Assembly (NCBI GenBank): GCA_040755855.1
Contig: JBFMAD010000007.1
Coordinates: 32,001-96,000, forward strand
Reading direction: 5' to 3'
Source of the DNA: Planctomycetota bacterium
GTDB taxonomy: Bacteria > Planctomycetota > Brocadiia > JAADGH01
Length of the DNA stretch: 64,000 nucleotides
A model generated the notes under the pieces. That model saw only the letters and a list, made by a program, of their open reading frames with translations, made no database searches and was not told the origin of the DNA. Shown in pieces: positions 37,040 to 48,500 of this stretch. Each line of letters begins with the position of its first letter. The first letter of the stretch is position 1. A program made the position numbers and the translations under genes.

Positions 37040-38044
37040 ATGACAAAGACACATGTGGCGATCCAAGGCGTTTGCGCCTGGCCGAACCTCGTTCAGTTCC
37101 CCGACGGAACCATTATTGCGACAATCTTCAATCAACCGACCCACGGCGGATGGGAAGGCGATCTGGACTGCTGGGCCAGCGTGGATGGCGGGCAAGTATG
37201 GGCCTTCCGCGGTCGGCCCGCGCCGCACGATCCCACGACAAACCGCATGAATTGTGGAGCCGGACTGGCCCGTGACGGCAATATGATCGTCCTGGCCTCC
37301 GGATGGAGCAAACGCCCTCCGGCCGGAACATACCTTAGTCCTCACGAGGGACAGGTTCTTCCGCTCTGGGTGTGCCGCTCCAGTGATGGGGCCAGAACAT
37401 GGCAACATGTGGAAGACGCGGTTTCTCCGCCTCCCGGTCCGCATCACCCCCTCATTCCATTCGGCATGATTGTACAGAATCACGACGGTACCCTGGGCGC
37501 CTCGATGTACGGCTGGGGCGCCGATCCCAAACAGCGCGAAGCGCTGTTCTATGTCAGTCGCGATGATGGAAAGACCTGGGAGTTGCGCTCCACCATTGCC
37601 CAAAACCTGAACGAGACGACTCTCCTGGCTTTGCCGAACGGCCGCCTCCTCGCCGTAGCCCGAACAGCGGGCGACCAACACTTGGAACTTTTCTCCTCCG
37701 CGGACGCTGGTACAACCTGGCAGGCAAAAGGCCCCCTGAGCCTGCCCAGCCAGATTCCCGCGCACATGCTTCGCATCACCGACGGACGTGTCGTACTCTG
37801 CTATGGCAATCGTTGTCCGAATAACTGCGGTATTGACGCGCGCATCAGCCGAAACGACGGTGAGACCTGGGGTCCCCCCATCCGGCTGGCGAACATGCCA
37901 TTCAGCGATGGAGGCTATCCCGCCAGCGTCCAGCTCGCGGATGGCGGCATCGTCACCGCGTACTACAACCAGATTTCCGGCAAGTATCACTACGAGATGT
38001 GCGTAGCGACCTGGGACATCAATGACTATGACAAAGTCAAGTAG
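37040..38044 (+). CDS. Sialidase-like BNR/Asp-box beta-propeller protein
   Basis: Asp boxes SVDGGQVW, SSDGARTW, SRDDGKTW, SADAGTTW, SRNDGETW; DGGYP..VQL.DG.IVTAYY. Confidence 0.85.
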   Translation: MTKTHVAIQGVCAWPNLVQFPDGTIIATIFNQPTHGGWEGDLDCWASVDGGQVWAFRGRPAPHDPTTNRMNCGAGLARDGNMIVLASGWSKRPPAGTYLSPHEGQVLPLWVCRSSDGARTWQHVEDAVSPPPGPHHPLIPFGMIVQNHDGTLGASMYGWGADPKQREALFYVSRDDGKTWELRSTIAQNLNETTLLALPNGRLLAVARTAGDQHLELFSSADAGTTWQAKGPLSLPSQIPAHMLRITDGRVVLCYGNRCPNNCGIDARISRNDGETWGPPIRLANMPFSDGGYPASVQLADGGIVTAYYNQISGKYHYEMCVATWDINDYDKVK

Positions 38045-38073
38045 GGGGGGCGCAAGCGGATTGCCGAATCAAC

Positions 38074-38175
38074 CCCCAGCGGACGTTCAAGGTCCTCGCC
38101 GAGCGCTATCCCCTCGCCAGTCAACCCACCATGAGCAGATTCGAAAACGCCGCCACACCGTCGGACCTCTGTTGT
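38074..38175 (+). mobile_element. IS1380-family transposase remnant
   Basis: Frame reads FKVLAERYPLASQPTMSRFENAATPSDL; LASQPT.SR.EN is a motif I recognise from IS1380 transposases. Confidence 0.65.
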
Positions 38176-38415
38176 ACCACGGGTGACGACAGGATGCTGG
38201 TCTCCTTCTTGGTCTTGCGATAATGAAATACCCACTGCCCACCCCGGCCATCGCCCCTGCTGGCCAATACGCCCCCGAAAATCTTAAAAAACCCACGACC
38301 CCTTTCCCGCATATATGCAACGAATATTTTAGAGAGCATTCTGTCCCCACAGCAGATAGCGTCGAGGACAGGATTATTTCGAGCACGTTGTCCAAATGCA
38401 GGGAAAGGAGCTACG

Positions 38416-39012
38416 ATGTGCTTCGTTCGCTACATTATGTCCGGCCTCATCGCCATCTGTGTCTCTACGGCGGCCTCCGGCCAGCATATCGTTCATCTCA
38501 AGAACGGAAACAGCATCGCGGGTGAGGCCTATGTCTTCGACGGCATGTGCACCATACGCGTCCCAAATGTCGGTGAGATGGAGTTCCCCAATTCGCTCGT
38601 TTGCATGATCGCGCCAGACCCGTTGTGGGCGCCTGGCGCAACGGAGCCGTCCGAAGCTATAGATACAACGGCAGCTTCGGACGCGGTGCGCCACCCGGGC
38701 CCCACGCCGGCAGCCGTCACGAAAACCCATGGCGACAGGAAAACGCCGGGGCCGGAGGGCTATAGGACGCAAGAAAGACATCCCAGTCCCGATAGGACGT
38801 GCGCCCAGTCGGAATCGAGGCGCAAGAGGTGGAGCCGGAGTCGCAGCCATATGGAATACACCTCGTATTCCTATTCCCCAACCGGGACGACATGTCGGGC
38901 AACTACCGAATCGCTTTTCCATGGCACCGGAAACTCCTCCAGCCGAGGTGTATCCCCTCAAAACCTGAACACGTCCTTCAGGACCACGTCAACAAGGATC
39001 TTCCGCAAATAG
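38416..39012 (+). CDS. Hypothetical exported protein
   Basis: AAGGAG RBS; signal peptide; IVHLKNGNSIAG N-domain like that of the WD40 protein; low-complexity C-terminus. Confidence 0.5.
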   Translation: MCFVRYIMSGLIAICVSTAASGQHIVHLKNGNSIAGEAYVFDGMCTIRVPNVGEMEFPNSLVCMIAPDPLWAPGATEPSEAIDTTAASDAVRHPGPTPAAVTKTHGDRKTPGPEGYRTQERHPSPDRTCAQSESRRKRWSRSRSHMEYTSYSYSPTGTTCRATTESLFHGTGNSSSRGVSPQNLNTSFRTTSTRIFRK

Positions 39013-39566
39013 CCTTCCGGTAACAGCAAAGCCAGGGATGGGTCGTGACCTCGGCATGAGTTCAGCGCCCAAGAAATACCCCTCCACTTGCCGGAACGAT
39101 CTATTCCGGCAACGTCTCTTTCATTCATAGGACGCCCAGCCGAAGTAAGATAGTCCCCCGCGCCCGGGTGTCAACGCCATATGCTCCTCCGATGGAAGGA
39201 TTGCTTTGACAACCCCGATCCCCTATAATACCGCCAGTATGCCAGCCAGTGTCATTGAGAAACCAAGGTCTTTAGGTGAAAGATCACAACCGTTACGAAG
39301 GACCAGCCTTAGACTGATGAGTACCCAATCCATACCGGTATCCGTTGGGGCGTGGCATGGCAATTACCGGGAAACCCTACATTTCCCCAAGACGTGGGAG
39401 GTATAAGTGTGCGACGTGATGAATACTTGAAAATTCCTGTCGCTACGGAAGGATGCCGTTCATCGGTGAAGTGGGGCAAGGCAATGCCAAACCGTGAAGT
39501 CCGCAGGCGGGCAACAGGCTCTTGATAGTCATGTTTCTGAACTCATGGGTTGGGAGGGATTGGGAG

Positions 39567-41507
39567 ATGAAAATGCGCTGCTGGGATAATCCCATTCTCA
39601 AGGTAGACTTGACATCGGGCAAGGTCAGCAAGCAATTCGTTGATGAAGACACTCGAAAAAAATTCCTGACAGGAAGAGGATTGGCGGACTGGCTGCTCTA
39701 TAGGCACGTGGACCCCGGCAAGACCGATCCTCTAAGCCCCGATAACGTGATCGTATTCTCCAGCGGCATGCTGGTTGGGACTCCTTTCCCCGGCGCGGTG
39801 AGAAACTCAGTGGTCTCTCTGAATGTGCTGACGAAGGGGTATGGAGAGTCAAGCAGCGCGGGGTATTTTGCATTCAGGCTCAAGGAAGCGGGTTATGATG
39901 GCATTCTGATCTGTGGAAGATCTCCCAGGTTGTCTTACCTATGGATAGCAGATGATCACGTTGAGGTAAGAGACGCCTCCGATCTGTATGGCGCAACTAC
40001 ATTTGAGACGGACCTGGCCATCAAGGAGGAACTGAAGGCGGAAAACATAAGCACATGCACGATCGGTCCGGCGGGCGAAAAGATGGTGCGCTACGCATTA
40101 GTGAATTGCGACAATCGCTATCTGGGACGATGCGGCATGGGCGCGGTGATGGGGTCGAAGAATCTCAAGGTCGTTGCCGTAAAGGGGACAGGTTCCGTCG
40201 AGGTGGCTCGTAAGGAAAGGTTCGCCGAGATTGAGTCCGGGCTGCAGGACTTGATTCGGAAGGACCCCAACATCCAGCGCAGGGCGGAAAGGGGAAGTCT
40301 GGCAGGCGGAGCGGTTGGCTATAATCAGGCGGGCCTGTTGCCGGTGAAGAATTTCCAGGAAGTGGATTTTGACGGGGCGGCTTTGACCGGCTATGAACAC
40401 GTCAAGAAGTACTGCAAGGATATCATCTACTGCCCGACCCGCTGCCCGATTTTGTGTGACAGGCTTGTTGAGATCAGCGACGGCGATCCATACAGCGGTA
40501 CCAAAGTCAGCTCCATGCAGGCCACGCCCGCATACAATACCACCAAGCTTCTCATCGAGGACATGCCGACGACCATCAAGGCATTTGAGATGTGCAACGC
40601 CTATGGCATTGACATCCATTCCTGGACCTGTGTGCTGGGGTGGGCTATAGAATGTTTCGAGCGAAAAATACTTACCCGCGAGGATACCGACAGCCTTGAG
40701 CTTCGATGGGGCGATGGACCTCTGGCTTTGGAATCCATCCGAAGAATTGCATATCGGGAAGGTAAATTCGGCGACCTGCTCGCCGAAGGGGTTGCCATCG
40801 CCTCGCGGAAAACAGGCCGAGGGTCCGAGAAGTACGCGATGCAGATCAAGGGCATGGAGCTGGATGATGAACTACGGGTGGACAAAGGAATGACGTTGGC
40901 GATCTTGGTTGAGACAAGGGGAGCCGGTCATACCTTGGCCACTCCCGGCGGGACAGGCAAGATGTCCACCGAGAGACTCAGGGAACTGTTTGGAAGTGAA
41001 AATGCAGCCAAGCCTCACAGCTACGACGGCAAACCTGAAAGGGTTGCGTTGGCGGAACGTTACAAGGCGATACTGGATTGTCTGGGAATATGTTTCTTCT
41101 CGGGGGCAGTCCAGAGCTGCCTGCAACAATATCTGTTCCCCGGCCATGAAGGAGGGCGAGATCTGACGGCGTGCGCGGAGCTGATCAGCGCGGCTACGGG
41201 TTGGGATGTCTCCGAAGAAGAACTGACCAGGATAGCAGAACGAATTTTGGCCGTTGAGAAGTCCCTCAATATCCTGGCGGGACTTGAGAGGAAGGATGAA
41301 ATTCCTCCGGACCGATTCTTTGAACCGATTCCCGCAGGCCGAAGCAAGGGCATGGCGCTTGACAGAGAAAAGACCAACCAGATGCTTAGAAAACACAGTG
41401 AATTGCATGGATGGGATCCAGAAACCGGCGTGCCAACGAAAGAGACTCTTGCAGACCTGGGACTGAAAGAGGTCGCGGAGCGGTTGGAGGCGGCGGGGAA
41501 ATGCTAA
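39567..41507 (+). CDS. Aldehyde:ferredoxin oxidoreductase (AOR family, tungstopterin-type)
   Basis: ILKVDLT, DPLSPDN, AGYDGI, IGPAGE, GRCGMGAVMGSKNLK, CPTRCPILC, IAYREG.GDLLAEG, GWD..TGVP. Confidence 0.92.
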   Translation: MKMRCWDNPILKVDLTSGKVSKQFVDEDTRKKFLTGRGLADWLLYRHVDPGKTDPLSPDNVIVFSSGMLVGTPFPGAVRNSVVSLNVLTKGYGESSSAGYFAFRLKEAGYDGILICGRSPRLSYLWIADDHVEVRDASDLYGATTFETDLAIKEELKAENISTCTIGPAGEKMVRYALVNCDNRYLGRCGMGAVMGSKNLKVVAVKGTGSVEVARKERFAEIESGLQDLIRKDPNIQRRAERGSLAGGAVGYNQAGLLPVKNFQEVDFDGAALTGYEHVKKYCKDIIYCPTRCPILCDRLVEISDGDPYSGTKVSSMQATPAYNTTKLLIEDMPTTIKAFEMCNAYGIDIHSWTCVLGWAIECFERKILTREDTDSLELRWGDGPLALESIRRIAYREGKFGDLLAEGVAIASRKTGRGSEKYAMQIKGMELDDELRVDKGMTLAILVETRGAGHTLATPGGTGKMSTERLRELFGSENAAKPHSYDGKPERVALAERYKAILDCLGICFFSGAVQSCLQQYLFPGHEGGRDLTACAELISAATGWDVSEEELTRIAERILAVEKSLNILAGLERKDEIPPDRFFEPIPAGRSKGMALDREKTNQMLRKHSELHGWDPETGVPTKETLADLGLKEVAERLEAAGKC

Positions 41508-41554
41508 TCAACAGTGTCCTGTAGACATCATTCAGGCATGTTGGAGGAATACAG

Positions 41555-44500
41555 ATGCCCGAGAAGTGGCTGTGCTTGCTGCTTTTTCCTTTTTGCATCC
41601 ATGCAGCGGAGCCAGGGATTCATCGGCCCAAGGTCCAGGATGACCCGCTACTCCTCTTCTACGCCTCCTTCGATGAGGGCATAGATCGCGCGGATCAGGC
41701 GGCAGGCGATCCCGAGTTTGTGCCCGGTGTGTATGACCGCAGCCCGCTCTGGAAGCTGAAAGGTATGCAAGACTGGCAGAGATCGAAGGATTACAAGAAC
41801 TATCGCGCCGTGCAGAAGAAGGAGGGTAAGAGCGGCACATGTGTCTCAATCAATCTGGGGCAAGGTCATCGGTTCCGAAGTTTGGGAAACTCTAATGTCC
41901 GCAGAGGGACCATGTCATTCTGGTTCAAACTCGGCCGTCCTCTGGGCACGTCGCACTTGCCGATCCTGGAACTCGACGGTCCGGGGGTGTCGTGCCGGGG
42001 GCGGAACAAACGGCTGTGCGGGTATGTCGTAGGCCGAACCTACGGCGCCCCGGCAGATGCCTGCACGCAGGATGAGTGGCATCATATGGCCATCGCGTAC
42101 GACTGTTGCCTCGGATACAAGGTGTACCTTGACGGCAAGCTCGCGGAGAGGCCGCATTGGGACCCGAAGGCAGACAGTTGGCAAACCGATGCTTTATTCG
42201 CCGACCTACTGTCGCTGGGGTGTTCTGCCTATCAAGGCTCCACCGGTCCGTTGGATATTGATGAAGTAAGGATCTTTTCGCGGCCGCTTTGCGAGCGGGC
42301 CATCGAATGTCTCGCATCCATGGCAAACCTGCCGTATGACAATGTAACAGAACCAGCGCCGAGTGAGGAGGTATTCAGGAAGCATCGTTTGGCGGAGTTA
42401 GGATGGGATCAGGAGGACGAACTACTTGCCTGCCGCGCGGGTAACACAACGCCTTTAGTCATTCGTCAGATTGGAGTCGAAAGCGCCCTCGGAGTGAAAC
42501 GATGGACCTACGGTCCCGTGGACGGGATTCCCTCGACGCGCTGGCCGTCGGGCTACCAAGGCTACCGCATACCGGGCGAGGGCCTTCACCTTCGTCTCGA
42601 AAAGGGCGCGAGCGTTGACTATATGACGCTGCATGGCAACTTCGACGGCCTGATGTATGCGGGCGATGCCATAGATCAGCCGCCGTCGGATGCCGCCCTG
42701 CTCCAGATCAAGAGTCCAGGGAGACGGGTTCGGAAACGTTTTGGAAAACCGATTCAGGCGGAGAAGGTGAGCTTCTTCCGATCTCCCTTCGAGATGAACA
42801 CAAAGCAGGACAACCTGGGCCGCACGTCTGCCATGCCAGACAACTATATCTATGAACTGTCCTTCTATCGCTTGGGAGGATCGGTGGAAGCGGGAGAGGC
42901 GCGTGTCTTCCATCTGTCTTCCTCCCCGCATGCGCCTGAGACGAAGTGGGTCCTGTGGGCGCTCCAATCGCACTATGAGCCGGCGGATCGGGTTGCGCTC
43001 GCGTTGAATCCTGATCCACCGGCGGGCGCGGGGGGCGTTCGACTGAAGGCGCTGCGACATGCCCACTTCTTCATCCCGCCGCAGAAGCAGGATGTCCCGA
43101 TGACCGGTCTGCGCTTTCACTTTCTGGCGAATGATTTGAAACAGGACTCTCGGCTGCATGTGCAGGTGCACAACCCGGTGGATATCACGCGGAATCTGCT
43201 GGACTTCGATCTCCGCCTTGCTGTGGGGGAGAAGGATGCCGATGGAATCATGCGTTTTGATGTGACTATTGACACGCAGGATTTCCTCCTGCCTGCCGGC
43301 GAGCCGGTCTGGATCACGCTGACCCCTGAGAGGGACCTGGACCTCGTCTGGAATGGCACATCGGATGCAACACAGGTGGCAATATTGACCGGCCCGAAAG
43401 ATCACGTTATAGCGGAACATAATCGGAACATGCTGAACTATGCGAAGGACCGTTTCATTCATGTGAGCGAGCCGAGGCCGTGGGGGCATGTACCCATGGA
43501 CGTGCTGGCCGAGCGTCTGGAGCCGTTCCGGCAGTTGCACTTTGCCCTATGCGACCTGAGAAAGAATGCGCCGGAAGATGAGAAGCTGCGTGGTCTCTGG
43601 ACCTGGACCCATCCGACGGAGAACCCCGACATGAGCTGGGTCAAGCCCCCGCCGCTCGACGGCGCGCCGGAATGGGCGGTCTATACGAAGGAGGCCATGA
43701 AGAAGTATCGCGCCTTCATCCTGTGGTGGATTGACAACCGACAGATACCGAGCGGGCTTTTCGGGTCGGGACACGGAGATGATACGGACCTTGTGCAGGA
43801 CTGGCTAAGTGTCGGCATGATCTGTGACCCAGACGGGAAGATTCGCGAATCCGTTCGCCGCCTCGCCGACTACTGCTGGAACGAGGGGCCGCTTACCCGC
43901 GGCATCAACACCGTCTTCACGGATACGCTTCACTGCTATGAGGAGGGCGTGAACGTCCTTCCTCATGTGGCGCACCTCTATTACGGCAACCCCGTGTATC
44001 TCGAACATCTGATGGAGAGTACGCGGACGACGCGCGACGAGCTGACCTACCTCACGAAGGACGGAAGGCGCTTTTTCAAATCGTGCTGGTATGGTGCGAC
44101 CTACATCGAAACCGAGCATCAGTACGGGCGCGACTTCCCGGGCAATACGCTCATGCTCCATCCCGCGCTCTATCTGATGTACTACTCGCGCAACGAGGGG
44201 GCCGTCAAGCTGCTGAAGGAATGGGGCGGGAACTGGGCCGGGATACAGGAGGAAGCCTACAAGAAGCAGGGCCTCAAGGCGGACTATCCCTTCCAGGCCC
44301 AGTACCCCACGGGCAAAATTGTCAAGACCGTGGACCGCTATATCAGCGGCTACGGTTACCTCGATCTGTGCCTGGGTATGTACGCCTTGACCCAAGAGGA
44401 GAAGTACTTTATTCCCATTCGCACCTGGATTGACAACGGGGACCTGAACAACTCATTTGTGCCCGACCTGTTCGGCCTGAGAGATATGAAGGAGTACGAG

Positions 44501-45421
44501 CCTCAGCTTCGGAAGGCTGTGGCGGAAATGACATGGGACGATCTCCGTCCGCAAATGGGCGATGACGGCCGCGACACCTACTCCTATCTTGCATGGGAAA
44601 TGACCGGGGATAAGAGGTATGTGGAGCGAGCGGTGAAGGAGGCGTGGAAGCGGATCACGGTCCTCTTCCCAATGCACACCTGGGCGGAACAGTCGGCGGA
44701 CCGTGTAGCAGTGTCGAAGACGCTGGTAGATCGCCTGTATCTTGGCGGCACGCCTGGCAAGCGGAACAAGCTCTGGCCTACACATACGGTCGGGTGGAAG
44801 GGATTCAGCGAGGAGTTCGCCGCGTGGGTGCTCAAGACATCGCCGGACACGCTACGAGTATGGATCTACAACTTTGAATCCAGACCGCAGTCCGGTGAGA
44901 TTCGTCCCTGGGGGCTGACCGATGGCAATTACAGCGTCCAATTGGGTTTCGATGAGAACTCGGACGAGAAGAGCGATCAGCAGATTTGGGAAAAGACAAT
45001 GACTCTTTCACGAAACACGCCGATCCCCATCGTGCTGCCGCCACGGCGGCTCGTGGTTCTTGAGGCAAATCAGGTCCGCCCGGGCGCATCTATCTTTGAT
45101 CTCCCCGATCTGGCCGTGGTCACCACCGATATGACACACAATGCAAAAGCCGGGAAATTGGCCTTTGTGATCCACAACGTGGGCAGCGCCGCGGCTCAGG
45201 ACATTGACGTGATTGTTGAAGTGGATGGCCGACAGGCGGCCAGCCACCGGATACGGAGACTCGATGCCCCGGCCGATCTCATGGCGAGAATCGTCAAGTT
45301 CGAGCAGACAATTTCCCCCGGTGCGAAGAAGATCGTCATCGCCGCGGACCCGCAGAATGCAATTTCTGAGATTTGCGAGGAAAACAATCAGGCCGTTTGG
45401 GGCGGGGTGGATGGCCAATGA
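41555..45421 (+). CDS. Large secreted protein with LamG-like jellyroll and C-terminal CARDB-like domain
   Basis: LLFYASFD, GTMSFWFK, WHHMAI.Y, IDEVRIF; PDLAV...HNVGS...DPQNAISEICEENN. Confidence 0.75.
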   Translation: MPEKWLCLLLFPFCIHAAEPGIHRPKVQDDPLLLFYASFDEGIDRADQAAGDPEFVPGVYDRSPLWKLKGMQDWQRSKDYKNYRAVQKKEGKSGTCVSINLGQGHRFRSLGNSNVRRGTMSFWFKLGRPLGTSHLPILELDGPGVSCRGRNKRLCGYVVGRTYGAPADACTQDEWHHMAIAYDCCLGYKVYLDGKLAERPHWDPKADSWQTDALFADLLSLGCSAYQGSTGPLDIDEVRIFSRPLCERAIECLASMANLPYDNVTEPAPSEEVFRKHRLAELGWDQEDELLACRAGNTTPLVIRQIGVESALGVKRWTYGPVDGIPSTRWPSGYQGYRIPGEGLHLRLEKGASVDYMTLHGNFDGLMYAGDAIDQPPSDAALLQIKSPGRRVRKRFGKPIQAEKVSFFRSPFEMNTKQDNLGRTSAMPDNYIYELSFYRLGGSVEAGEARVFHLSSSPHAPETKWVLWALQSHYEPADRVALALNPDPPAGAGGVRLKALRHAHFFIPPQKQDVPMTGLRFHFLANDLKQDSRLHVQVHNPVDITRNLLDFDLRLAVGEKDADGIMRFDVTIDTQDFLLPAGEPVWITLTPERDLDLVWNGTSDATQVAILTGPKDHVIAEHNRNMLNYAKDRFIHVSEPRPWGHVPMDVLAERLEPFRQLHFALCDLRKNAPEDEKLRGLWTWTHPTENPDMSWVKPPPLDGAPEWAVYTKEAMKKYRAFILWWIDNRQIPSGLFGSGHGDDTDLVQDWLSVGMICDPDGKIRESVRRLADYCWNEGPLTRGINTVFTDTLHCYEEGVNVLPHVAHLYYGNPVYLEHLMESTRTTRDELTYLTKDGRRFFKSCWYGATYIETEHQYGRDFPGNTLMLHPALYLMYYSRNEGAVKLLKEWGGNWAGIQEEAYKKQGLKADYPFQAQYPTGKIVKTVDRYISGYGYLDLCLGMYALTQEEKYFIPIRTWIDNGDLNNSFVPDLFGLRDMKEYEPQLRKAVAEMTWDDLRPQMGDDGRDTYSYLAWEMTGDKRYVERAVKEAWKRITVLFPMHTWAEQSADRVAVSKTLVDRLYLGGTPGKRNKLWPTHTVGWKGFSEEFAAWVLKTSPDTLRVWIYNFESRPQSGEIRPWGLTDGNYSVQLGFDENSDEKSDQQIWEKTMTLSRNTPIPIVLPPRRLVVLEANQVRPGASIFDLPDLAVVTTDMTHNAKAGKLAFVIHNVGSAAAQDIDVIVEVDGRQAASHRIRRLDAPADLMARIVKFEQTISPGAKKIVIAADPQNAISEICEENNQAVWGGVDGQ

Positions 45422-45563
45422 GATCGAAGAAATCACCGATCATTAGTCTCTATCTCGGGCAAGATCATTCTCCTGAAACCCGCAAAGGTAAGACTGTCCG
45501 CTCTGGGCGAACGCCAGCAACACCGATTGAAAGAATCATCGCAAACTCAAGTCCACAACCATC

Positions 45564-48500
45564 CTAATCATCCTTCGCTCCTGGGGCGAGTTTCAGCAGG
45601 AGCAGTCGGCCTTCGTCGGTCGCGGCGCCCACCGTCCGATCCTTTGGGTCGGCGACGGTCAATTTTGTATAGCGTCCGGGCTGCTTGCCGCGCAACACCC
45701 AATCCGCGCCATAGACGCACAACCCATCCTCGGCGGCGAGGAGGTAAATTGTGTCCGCACCCGCGCCGATTGCCGCCATATCCAGGACTTCCACTCCGAT
45801 CAAGCGGTTCTCCATCCACTTGCCGTCTGCCGATAAAACGCTTACGAACCCGTCGCGACCAGCCACAAAAAACTCGTCCCTGCCATCCCCGCTGACATCG
45901 TGCAGCAAACCGGCGGAGAGCGGTCTCCCTCCCCTGAACTCCCAAACGGTATCTGCGCCGCTTCGCTCCTGTTTCGGGAAATTCTTTGCGATGTCATACA
46001 ACCCGAAGCCAACCGGCGTAATCACACCGGCCAAGGCCCCCTTGCCTTGAATGCGCTTGACCGTATAAGGCAGATTGTCGGGGATGCTCGTGTTGCGATG
46101 CTCCGCAATCAACCCCTTGGCATTCCCTACAATCGCATGAATGACCCCGAATGCGCCATACTTCATGGAGCACATGAGCTTGTCCTTCAGCCCGTCCCCA
46201 TTCAAGTCCACGCTATCCGGCGCGAAAGTGCGCTGAAACATGGAGAACCCGGGGTAGTACTGTTGCAGGATAGTTCCCCTTTCGTCCAGCACAAAGAGTT
46301 GGCATTCGTAACTGCCCACGAGGACCCGGCGTATCCTGTTTCCTAAGTCCCAGAACCCCACGCCGAATGGCGTTGATCCGTCGCTGATGCCGAATCTCTT
46401 TTGGCTGCGTTCCATCAGGTTGTCAAAGTCCGTTTTCCAGAGCAGCTCGCCGGCGGCAGAAAACGCATATACGTTCAGATCGTAGCAACTGCAAACAACC
46501 TCCTTCTGGCCGTCGCCGTCGAGGTCGCCGAAATCCAGCCCGGAGATTTCCGCGACGAATTGCTTCTGCCATCTCATTTTTCCATCCCATCCTATAACCG
46601 AAAGCACGCCATCGCTCGCGTTCACGATCCATTCTGTTTGACCATCGTTGTCAAGATCCGCCGCTTTCAGGTGACCGACCGCGCACGCCCCTCTCCGGTC
46701 TGCTCCGGATCTCCCATCGGATTCTACGAAGACCTCGACCTCGTGGAGCGCAACTCGCATGTTCGGATCGTTCCCAGCGGGCGGAATGGTCAGGCGCACC
46801 CCCGATGCCTTCACGCCAGATCCAAGAATGCGAAGGAACTTCTGCGGCGTCACCTTTCCCTTATAGGTGGGATCAATGCGGTACTCCGACTTGACCGTTC
46901 GCTTTTCCGCGCGCAGGTCCTTACGAAACCTGTCGCTGCTCCACGTGATCCGAACCTCTCTTGACTCGCTCATCTCCCGGGCGGTGGTCAAGGCGCCCAA
47001 TGCGTTGAGGTGCAGCCGAATCTCCCGCAGGCCCTCCACCTTCGGCCAGGTCAGTTCCACAGTTGCAGGGACACGTTCGTTCCAATGCACGCCGCCCGCT
47101 CTGGCAGGGATGATATTGTCCAGCGCCAAAGCAGTTCTCCCTTCGAACTGCCCCGGCGGCGAGCAGCGCATTCCGATGCCTGTCAGATGGTATCCATCAA
47201 AGCCGATCTCTGAGTTCTCCCATACCAAAACAAACGGGTTACGAACGGCTTGCGGGGCCGCCTCCTGGGGGACGCTTGCAGGGACATCTTTGACCTCCTT
47301 CATCGCAACCGCAAGTCTGTGGCTTATTGCCCGAGCCTCTTCCTCCTTCAGCAAAGGCACGGAAGCCCTTTCGGGAAGTCTCCAGGTATAGGAAGCGGTC
47401 CTCAACTGCTGTGCATCCCACCCGGAGAGCATCGCCCCCGTTTTCAGGTCTATCCGGCCCGTTACCGGTTCGGGACGATCCAGGACTGTCCTGCCGTCAA
47501 CGCTCAGATTGCGGACCCCCGCCACATGGATAGACGAACCATCGGCGATGTATATGCCCCGGTCGGCCTTGATTCCGCAGGGCTCGCGTCCGTCCCCGCC
47601 CACGCCGAGCAACACATCGTCCCCGTTTTCGGAGCGGACGAGCACCGCTGAATCGTTGATGCGTATCGGCGTATAAGCAAGCGGGCTGTTATCCTCGGTA
47701 GTGGTCAGGAGATTTTGGAAATCGAGGATGTCCCCCTCTTTGAATGCGCCAAATTTCCTCTGACGGAGGAAGAAAGGGTTCTCATAGATGTCCGGCGGCC
47801 CGCCGGTGGGTCGCTCAAACCTTGTGGTCGCCGCCACGGGGGCGCCCGCGACCAGGTAGAATCGCTTGCCTTCCTGCTCGGTTACAAGGATGCGATCCTC
47901 CTTCCATGTGCCGCTGAATGGCATGCGCCAGACCGATTGCGCCGAGTAGAAGCCGGGCTTCCGGGTCGTAGCCCGGTCGAGGACAACGAACCAGTTCCCT
48001 CGACTCCAGAAGATCACACGCTGCCAGTCCGCGCCGAAGTAATCGCACAAGGTCGTGCTGCTCATGGCATACGTCTCGAAGCGCCCGGCGGCATCCATCC
48101 GGCACGCCCCTTGAAGCGGCGCTTTATTCCTTCCATCGCTGAGGAACAATGCATTCCGGTAATAGTGGCCGATCTGGCTGCTGTTGTGGGCCAGCCAGAC
48201 TTGCCCCTTGTCGGTGTAGCGCGGGATTGTGTTGGCATCCAGGTACTCCGGCTGCACCCCCTGGAGCATGAAGTAAGCGTCCTTCGCATCGAACCCGTTT
48301 CGGAAGCATGCCTTGTCAAAGCACTGCTCCTCCGGGGGCATCGCGCGCTCAGCGCCCAGCTTCTTGTGCCGCCGCACACCCAATGGAATGATGCTGAAGC
48401 CGCTGAGGTACTCCGGGGGCTTCTCCTTCGCGCCTGGGTCAATGGAAAAACTACCTGTCCGGAAGGGGGAGTCCCCTTGCCCATAGAGCAGGAGCGAACG

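Noticed and set aside
39320..39380. Hammerhead ribozyme (CTGATGAG ... GAAA) or Moco/Wco riboswitch before the AOR gene
   Set aside because: Stems do not close correctly around the core, and I could not find the Moco motif consensus.
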